From contig DASUMJ010000137.1 in assembly GCA_036277775.1 (NCBI GenBank), positions 1 to 46,619 of the forward strand: a DNA stretch of 46,619 nt, in the 5' to 3' direction. The notes under the pieces were generated by a model that ran no database searches, was not told the DNA's origin, and saw only the letters and a program-made list of their open reading frames with translations. The position numbers and the translations under genes are program-made. Shown here piece after piece: positions 41,129 to 46,619 of the stretch (positions within the stretch are counted from its first letter, which is position 1; each line of letters begins with the position of its first letter). Source of the stretch: Candidatus Limnocylindrales bacterium. GTDB lineage: Bacteria; Chloroflexota; Limnocylindria; Limnocylindrales; CSP1-4.

Positions 41129-41596
41129 TCAGCCCCTGCGGGCCTCGGCCACGTCGCGCTCCATCTGGCGGCGTGCATCGCGCTCGGCGATGTCGCGTCG
41201 GCGGTCGTGGAGCTGCTTGCCCCTCCCGAGCCCGAGCTCGATCTTGGCCCGGCCCCGCTGGCTGATGTAGAGCCGCAGCGGGATCAGGGTCAGGCCCTTC
41301 GCCTTCGTCCTGCCGAGAAGCTGGTCGATCTCGGAGCGGTGGAGGAGGAGCTTCCGGTCACGCTTCGGCTCGTGGTTGTCGCGGGCGCTCGTCGTCGACC
41401 AGGGCGCGATGTGTGCGCCGACGAGCCAGGCCTCGCCGCGCTCGATGCGAGCGTACGCGTCCGAGAGGTTGCCCTTGCCGGCCCGGAGCGCCTTGATCTC
41501 GGTCCCGGACAGCACGATCCCGGCCTCGATCGTGTCCTCGATCGAGAACTCGTGGCGCGCCCTCCGGTTGAGGGCGATGGTCTTCTCCTCGCCCAT
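41129..41596 (-). CDS. smpB: SsrA-binding protein SmpB
   Basis: 155 aa from ATG 41596. 'IALNRRARHEFSIEDTIEAGIVLSGTEIKALRAG…KRDRKLLLHRSEI…GLTLIPLRLY' is present. Confidence 0.9.
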   Translation of the reverse strand: MGEEKTIALNRRARHEFSIEDTIEAGIVLSGTEIKALRAGKGNLSDAYARIERGEAWLVGAHIAPWSTTSARDNHEPKRDRKLLLHRSEIDQLLGRTKAKGLTLIPLRLYISQRGRAKIELGLGRGKQLHDRRRDIAERDARRQMERDVAEARRG

Positions 41597-41674
41597 GGGA
41601 TCGGCTCCTGGTCGGTGTGGTTTGGGCCGGACGGCGCGATGCGCTCCGCGGCCACCGGCTCGGGCTGCGGACGC

Positions 41675-41706
41675 ACGAACGCCGGCCCTCGCGGGCCGGC
41701 GTTCGT
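41675..41706 (-). terminator. 14-bp perfect GC-rich hairpin between ctp and smpB (terminator/attenuator-like)
   Basis: ACGAACGCCGGCCC-tcgc-GGGCCGGCGTTCGT. There is no flanking U-tract on either strand. Confidence 0.4.
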
Positions 41707-41850
41707 CTGCGGCTTCCACCCGCTCGGAAGACCGGCTAGACGGTCATCTCCGGCGAGGTGGTGCAGCGACTGTGTTCTGACACTGCACATCACCTCCTTT
41801 CGTTCGCGGTGAACCCTACTCGATGCCGCCGGTGCTGGCAACCATCACCA

Positions 41851-43281
41851 TCAGGCGGCGCGCGGCAGGACCGCGGGGAGGGCGGCTCCGTCGGTCAGGT
41901 ACTCGATCGCCCGGTCCAGGACCGGGTCCTGGCCGGCCGGCGTGTCGGCCGGGATCTCGACCACGATGTCCGGAACGATCCCGACGTTGTGGATCCAGCG
42001 CTTGTCGGGCGTCAGCCACTTCGCGACCGTCAGCTTCACGCCGCCGGTGTCGTTCTCGAGCTCGATCCACTGCTGGACCGTGCCCTTGCCGTAGGACGTC
42101 TCGCCGATGAGCGTGGCGCGGCCGGTGTCCTGGAGGGCTCCGGCCACGATCTCGCTGGCCGAGGCGCTGCCGCGGTCGATGAGGAGGACCACCTCGAGCT
42201 CGTCCGGGTCGGTCGCGATGCCGTCCTCGAGCGCCTCCGTCGGCGTCTGCTCGCCCCTGGCGTCCTCCTCCCAGAAGACCGGGCCGTCCCCGACGAAGGT
42301 GCTCGCGACCTCCCGGGCGGCCGTCACGAAGCCGCCGGGGTTGCCTCGGAGGTCGACGATCAGCTTCGTCTGGCCCTTGTCGAGCGCGGCCTGGACGGCC
42401 TCGACGAAGCGGTCGGCACCGTTCTCCGAGAAGCCGGTGAGCCGGATGTAGCCGATCTCGCCGTCGGCGTAGTCCTCGACGATGATCTCGCGCTGATGGA
42501 TCACGTCGCGCACGATCTCGACCTCGAACGGCGCCGCGCCCTCGCGCTCGATCGTGAGGACGACGGCCGTGCCCTTCCGGCCCCGGATCTTGTCGCGCGC
42601 CTCGTCCGGCGTCAGCCCGTCCAGCGACGAGCCGTCGACCTCGGCGACGACGTCGCCCGGCCGGAGCCCGGCCGCCTCCGCCGGGGAGCCCTCGAGCGGC
42701 GCGACGATGACGAGCCGGCAGTCCGGCCCAAACTCCGCGCAGTCGACCGTCTCGCCGGCTGCGTTCACGGTCCCGATCTCCGCGCCGATCCCCTCGAACT
42801 CGCCGTTGATGTCCTGGAGGGTCTGCCGGAAGTCCTCGGACGAGAGGTACGTCGAGTACGGATCGCCGACCGCCTCGACCATGCCGCGGATCGCGCCCTC
42901 GATGATCTCCTTGCGGTCGACCGGCCCGAGCGCGTACCGATCACGGATCGCGTGGTAGGCGTCCCAGAACGGCTCGAACGCCTCCTCCTCCGAGCCGGGC
43001 GTTCCCGGCTGGGCGACCTGGCGCTGGCCGAGCACGTAGCCCGACATGAACAGGGCCCCGCCGCCGAGGACGGCCACGAGCGCGACCGCGATCCCGAGCA
43101 TCGCGCCGCCCCGGCGCGTCGCGGGCGCGAGCGCCGGTCCGGCGACGACCGGCGGGGCGCCCGCCAGGAGGCCGGTCGGGACGGGGCCTGCCGGCGCCGG
43201 CGTCACCGTCTCGAGGCTGCCGGCGGGGGGTGCCGCGCTCTCGGGGGCGTCGGACGGGCGAACGGGATCGTCGGGGAGCAT
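41851..43281 (-). CDS. S41 family carboxyl-terminal processing protease (PDZ domain)
   Basis: 476 aa with an N-terminal TM ('MLGIAVALVAVLGGGALFMSGYVLG'). The PDZ region is 'GLRPGDVVAEVDG'. The S41 core is 'LIDRGSASASEIVAGALQD…GETSYGKGTVQ'. Confidence 0.85.
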   Translation of the reverse strand: MLPDDPVRPSDAPESAAPPAGSLETVTPAPAGPVPTGLLAGAPPVVAGPALAPATRRGGAMLGIAVALVAVLGGGALFMSGYVLGQRQVAQPGTPGSEEEAFEPFWDAYHAIRDRYALGPVDRKEIIEGAIRGMVEAVGDPYSTYLSSEDFRQTLQDINGEFEGIGAEIGTVNAAGETVDCAEFGPDCRLVIVAPLEGSPAEAAGLRPGDVVAEVDGSSLDGLTPDEARDKIRGRKGTAVVLTIEREGAAPFEVEIVRDVIHQREIIVEDYADGEIGYIRLTGFSENGADRFVEAVQAALDKGQTKLIVDLRGNPGGFVTAAREVASTFVGDGPVFWEEDARGEQTPTEALEDGIATDPDELEVVLLIDRGSASASEIVAGALQDTGRATLIGETSYGKGTVQQWIELENDTGGVKLTVAKWLTPDKRWIHNVGIVPDIVVEIPADTPAGQDPVLDRAIEYLTDGAALPAVLPRAA

Positions 43282-43511
43282 CGCGGCGTGGTCCTCTCGA
43301 AGGCGGGCGAGCCGGGGAGGTTTCGGTCCCGGACATCGCGCGCGGCGGCAAGCCTACACGGGTGTCGCCGATCCTACGCCCCGCGTCGCCCGCACGGATC
43401 GAAGGTGGCGGAAACCCAATCGATCCCTCGCCTGGCCTTCACCCGGGCGGCGTGACCCTGGCGCGGGGCCCGCGGGGGCCGCCGGCGCGGGCCTCGCGCC
43501 GGGCCCGCCCG

Positions 43512-44396
43512 CTACCGGATCAGGTAGGTCCGGACGCTGATGAACGCCCCGAGGACGCCGAGGCCGATGCCGGAGCCGAGGACGAGGAGGCTGACGTCTC
43601 GGGCGATCGCGCCGACCCGGATCGGGAGGACCCGGAAGAAGTCGAACATGAACGCCCCGAGCGGCTCGGCGAGGGCCGCGATCGCCCCGAGCGTGATCGC
43701 GGCGCCGAGCAGGCCGACGAGGGCGCCCTCGAACACGAACGGCCACCGAATGAACGCGTCCGAGGCGCCCACGAGGCGCATGACCTCGATCTCCTCGGCC
43801 CGGCCGACGACGGCCAGCCGGATCGTGTTGATGATGATGAACAGCACGATCGCCCCGATGACGCCGAGGATCGCCAGGCCCGCCGTCCGGAGGAAGTCCG
43901 TGACCGTGATCACCCGGCTCACGAGATCGGTGATGTTCTTGACCCGCTCGACGGCGGGGTCGGCGCGGAGGCGCTCCATGACGGTCCCGAAGTCGGCCGG
44001 GTCGCGGAGCTTCACCTCGAGGCTGGCGTGGAGGGGGTTGTCGTCGAGGTAGCGGGTCAGGTCCTCCTCGCCCTGGGCGGCGCGCGCCTCGCGGAACCGG
44101 CGGAGCGCCTCCGCCTCGGAGACGTAGGCGACCTCGCGGACCTCCGGCAGGGCCTCGACCCGGGTCCGCAGCGCCGCGACGTCGGCCTCGGACGCGGTCG
44201 CCCGGATGTCCGCCACGACCTCGACCTTCTGCTCCACGAACGCCAGCCCGGCGAGGAGCCCGTTCTGGACGATGAAGAAGCCGGCGAGGAGCAGGAGCAT
44301 CAGCGTCATCGTTGCCGTCGCGGCGAGGCTCATCGCCGCGTTCCGCCAGAAGCCCTGCCAGGCGCGGGAGACGCTGAAGGCGAGGAACCCTACCAT
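43512..44396 (-). CDS. ftsX: cell division permease-like protein FtsX
   Basis: 294 aa. 'RAWQGFWRNAAMSLAATATMTLML' is TM1. It is followed by an extracellular domain and then three C-terminal TMs. It lies directly downstream of ftsE. Confidence 0.85.
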   Translation of the reverse strand: MVGFLAFSVSRAWQGFWRNAAMSLAATATMTLMLLLLAGFFIVQNGLLAGLAFVEQKVEVVADIRATASEADVAALRTRVEALPEVREVAYVSEAEALRRFREARAAQGEEDLTRYLDDNPLHASLEVKLRDPADFGTVMERLRADPAVERVKNITDLVSRVITVTDFLRTAGLAILGVIGAIVLFIIINTIRLAVVGRAEEIEVMRLVGASDAFIRWPFVFEGALVGLLGAAITLGAIAALAEPLGAFMFDFFRVLPIRVGAIARDVSLLVLGSGIGLGVLGAFISVRTYLIR

Positions 44397-44423
44397 CGGG
44401 GCGGCTCCTCGCTCCGTCGGGGC

Positions 44424-45242
44424 TCAGCCACGCCGGTGGTACCGGCCGCCGAGCTCGTCGCGGATGACGCGGCCGTCCTCGAGGGCCACGACGCGCTTCC
44501 GGAGGGCGGTGACGACGTCGGCGTCGTGGGTCGCCATCAGGACGGTGACGCCGAGCTCGTTGATCCGGAGGAGGAGCTGGATGATCTCCCAGCTGATGAG
44601 CGGGTCGAGGTTGCCGGTGGGCTCGTCGGCGATGACGATCCGGGGATCGTGGACGAGGGCCCGGGCGATCGCGGTCCGCTGCTGCTCGCCGCCCGACAGC
44701 TGGCGCGGGAACTGCTCCGCCTGCTGGGTGAGCCCGACGAGGCGGAGCGCCCGCTCGACGGCCGGGCGGATCCGGCCGCGGGGCGTGCCGGTGACCTCGA
44801 GCGCGAAGCCGACGTTCTCGCGGACCGTCTTCATCGGCAGGAGCTTGAAGTCCTGGAAGACCGTGCCGATCTTCCGGCGAACGTGCGGCACCTTGCGGCG
44901 CGGCAGCTTCGCGAGGTCCTCGCCGTCGAGGATCACCTCGCCGTGGGTCGCGAGCTCGTCCCGGATGATCAGCTTCATGAGCGTCGACTTCCCGGCCCCG
45001 CTCGCGCCGACGAGGAAGACGAAGTCGCCCTCGGGGATCGTCAGGTCGACGTCGCGGAGGGCCTCCCGGCCGTTCGGATATCGCTTCGTGACGTCGTTCA
45101 GGACGAGGACGGAGCGGCGGGCCGGGGCGCGATCGCCGTCGGCCGGCGGATCCGTGCCGGGCAGGGCTCGCGACCAGGGATCGGATGCGGTCGTCGCCGG
45201 CTCGGTGTCGAGGACGCCCGTCGGGGTGGCGGGAGGGGCCAT
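44424..45242 (-). CDS. ftsE: cell division ATP-binding protein FtsE
   Basis: Walker A 'GASGAGKST', signature 'LSGGEQQR' and Walker B 'VIADEPTGNLD' are present. ATG 45242 gives a ~43-aa N-terminal extension. The rest of track ORF 44424-45737 is R/P-rich read-through. Confidence 0.85.
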   Translation of the reverse strand: MAPPATPTGVLDTEPATTASDPWSRALPGTDPPADGDRAPARRSVLVLNDVTKRYPNGREALRDVDLTIPEGDFVFLVGASGAGKSTLMKLIIRDELATHGEVILDGEDLAKLPRRKVPHVRRKIGTVFQDFKLLPMKTVRENVGFALEVTGTPRGRIRPAVERALRLVGLTQQAEQFPRQLSGGEQQRTAIARALVHDPRIVIADEPTGNLDPLISWEIIQLLLRINELGVTVLMATHDADVVTALRKRVVALEDGRVIRDELGGRYHRRG

Positions 45243-45438
45243 CGTCAGGTTCGGCTCCGCGGTACGTGGCGCCGGTGGCGGGGGTGCGTCGCGGCGCGAC
45301 TGCGCGGGGCTCCGAGGGCGGGCACGATCGGTGGAGCCACGTCGAAGGGAGGCTACACCGGGTCGCCGCGACGGGCAAACGCCGTCGCCGGGCCTCGCGG
45401 CCGGCCCGGCCGCCGGGCCGAGGGAGCCCGGCGCGCCG

Positions 45439-46386
45439 TCAGAGCAGGCCCGGCGAGATCGGCAGGTAGCGGGCGAAGTCGGCGAAGGGCCGCGACCAGC
45501 AGACGAGGACCGGGAAGCCCTCCATCCGGAGCCCGGCCCGGACGAGCATCTCGGTCGTCGGCCCGGCGGCACCCGGGACCCAGACCGCGGACGCCCCCCG
45601 CGGCACGACCGCGTCGAGCAGGTGGGCGACGATCGGCGCATGGAGCGCCGGATCGCGGACGGCGATGGGACCGATCCGGCCGATCTCGGCCGCGTAGCCG
45701 TAGCCGAGCAGGTCGCCGCGGCCGTCGCGATAGGCATAGCCGATCCGGCCCTGGCGGCGGAGGAAGTCGTGGTCCTCGCGGTGGACGAAGCCGAGCGTCA
45801 TCCGGTCGAGGCCGCCGATCTCCGCGTCGTGGAGCCGGTCGCGTTCCGCCGGGGTCGTGGCGTCGAAGCGGACCGCATGGACCCCGGCGGGCAGCGGACG
45901 GAGCTCGTCGGGCCGCGATGGGCGCCCGACGAGGTTGAACATCGGCATCCGTGGCGGGATCCCGACCGACGCGTAGAGGCCGTTCGAGATCGGCTGGGCC
46001 GTGTCGGTGACGGTGGCGAGCGTCGCGTCGTCGCCGTCGGCGGGCAGGATCCGGCGGAGGATCGCCCGGCCGACGCCCCCGGTCTGCTCGCCCGGCCGCA
46101 CGAAGAGCATCGAGAGGAACCAAACCGACGCTCGTCGGACCGCCGACCCGAACGCGATCGGCCGATCGGCCCCGTCCGGCCCGTCCGACCGCGTCGCCAC
46201 CCAGAACCGGTCCGGGTCGGTGGCGAGGGTGTGGGCGTGGAGCAGCCGAAGCGACGGGTTGTCCTCGGGCACCTCGTACTGGCCGAGGGGCACGAGGTAG
46301 TCGTTGAGGCCCTCGCGCCAGATCACCTCGCAGGCCGGGAGATCAGCCTCGGTGGCCGGGCGGTAGCGGATTCCCTCGTCGGTCAC
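45439..46386 (-). CDS. GNAT family N-acetyltransferase (two-domain)
   Basis: 315 aa. The acetyl-CoA motif is '[21 protein letters not shown]'. GTG 46386 overlaps the prfB stop (GTGA). Confidence 0.6.
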   Translation of the reverse strand: MTDEGIRYRPATEADLPACEVIWREGLNDYLVPLGQYEVPEDNPSLRLLHAHTLATDPDRFWVATRSDGPDGADRPIAFGSAVRRASVWFLSMLFVRPGEQTGGVGRAILRRILPADGDDATLATVTDTAQPISNGLYASVGIPPRMPMFNLVGRPSRPDELRPLPAGVHAVRFDATTPAERDRLHDAEIGGLDRMTLGFVHREDHDFLRRQGRIGYAYRDGRGDLLGYGYAAEIGRIGPIAVRDPALHAPIVAHLLDAVVPRGASAVWVPGAAGPTTEMLVRAGLRMEGFPVLVCWSRPFADFARYLPISPGLL

Positions 46387-46619
46387 TCGGCGTCGCTGCC
46401 GGACGACGGGGGTGCACCGGTCGCGAGGCGCTCGAGCTCGGCGGCCATGAAGGCATCGAGGTCGCCGTCGAGGACGGCACCCGTGTTCGAGGTCTCGTGG
46501 TTCGTCCGGAGGTCCTTCACCATCTGGTACGGGTGAAGGACGTAGCTCCGGATCTGGTTGCCCCAGCCCGCCTCGACGTGCTCGCCCCGGAGCTTCCGGG
46601 TCTCGGCCTCGCGCTCCTC
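46383..46619 (-). CDS. prfB: peptide chain release factor 2, C-terminal 78 aa (5' part outside window)
   Basis: It is not in the track because no start lies in the window. The - strand frame reads …[46 protein letters not shown]…*, the conserved RF2 C-terminus. Confidence 0.85.
   Translation of the reverse strand, partial: EEREAETRKLRGEHVEAGWGNQIRSYVLHPYQMVKDLRTNHETSNTGAVLDGDLDAFMAAELERLATGAPPSSGSDAE

Noticed and set aside
43282-43511. The 230-bp ftsX-ctp spacer and the 196-bp GNAT-ftsE spacer (45243-45438), considered as hidden small-RNA or small-protein loci.
   Set aside because: Only generic GC-rich hairpins are seen (for example CGGCGCG-aggcc-CGCGCCG and GGATCGA…TCGATCC). There is no SD-plus-ORF with coding-like composition and no recognisable RNA family. 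They are most simply terminator/promoter spacers, though this cannot be tested without comparative data.
43230-46536. Long + strand ORFs (43230-45938 at 902 aa; 44206-46536 at 776 aa) and the - strand alternate frame 43354-45378 over ftsX/ftsE/GNAT.
   Set aside because: No motifs are present and the composition is extreme in R/G/P/E. The ftsE, ftsX, GNAT and prfB frames carry canonical signatures.

Overview
This is a very GC-rich chromosomal segment, roughly 70% G+C or more by eye. It spans the replication-origin neighbourhood of a high-GC Gram-positive-type bacterium (Actinomycetota-like). No database search was possible, so every call rests on reading the translations and the DNA.

Core backbone: rpmH-rnpA-yidD-yidC-jag lies on the + strand, divergent from dnaA-dnaN-recF-dciA(DUF721) on the - strand. 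A DnaA-box cluster and an AT-rich patch sit between dnaA and dnaN and are read as oriC. The right end carries prfB(partial)-GNAT-ftsE-ftsX-ctp(S41)-smpB on the - strand, with tmRNA (ssrA) about 3.2 kb away.

Accessory-looking parts:
1. A translationally coupled phosphatidylinositol-mannoside-type operon: ino1, two LPLAT acyltransferases, a PHP phosphoesterase and a pimA-like GT4.
2. A dense glycosylation locus with four GT-C modules plus a Ppm1-like GT2. It includes a 1769-aa ORF that fuses two GT-C modules and carries a beta-propeller-like insert inside the Pmt module.
3. A catalytically degenerate PP2C-like / TM / propeller protein, start-stop coupled to a rhomboid protease and followed by a bifunctional nuclease with a Gly-rich tail.
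4. A putative light / photo-oxidative-stress island. It holds a CarH/LitR-type MerR-B12 regulator with the Wx9EH signature and 11-bp phased operator-like repeats. It also holds an SRPBCC / FAD-oxidoreductase / DUF1365 / CFA-synthase-like operon (furan-fatty-acid-type gene set) whose divergent promoter carries similar phased repeats.

No CRISPR array, tRNA, rRNA, transposase, integrase or recognisable defence system was seen. Most long ORFs in the six-frame track are GC-driven antisense or alternate-frame artefacts.
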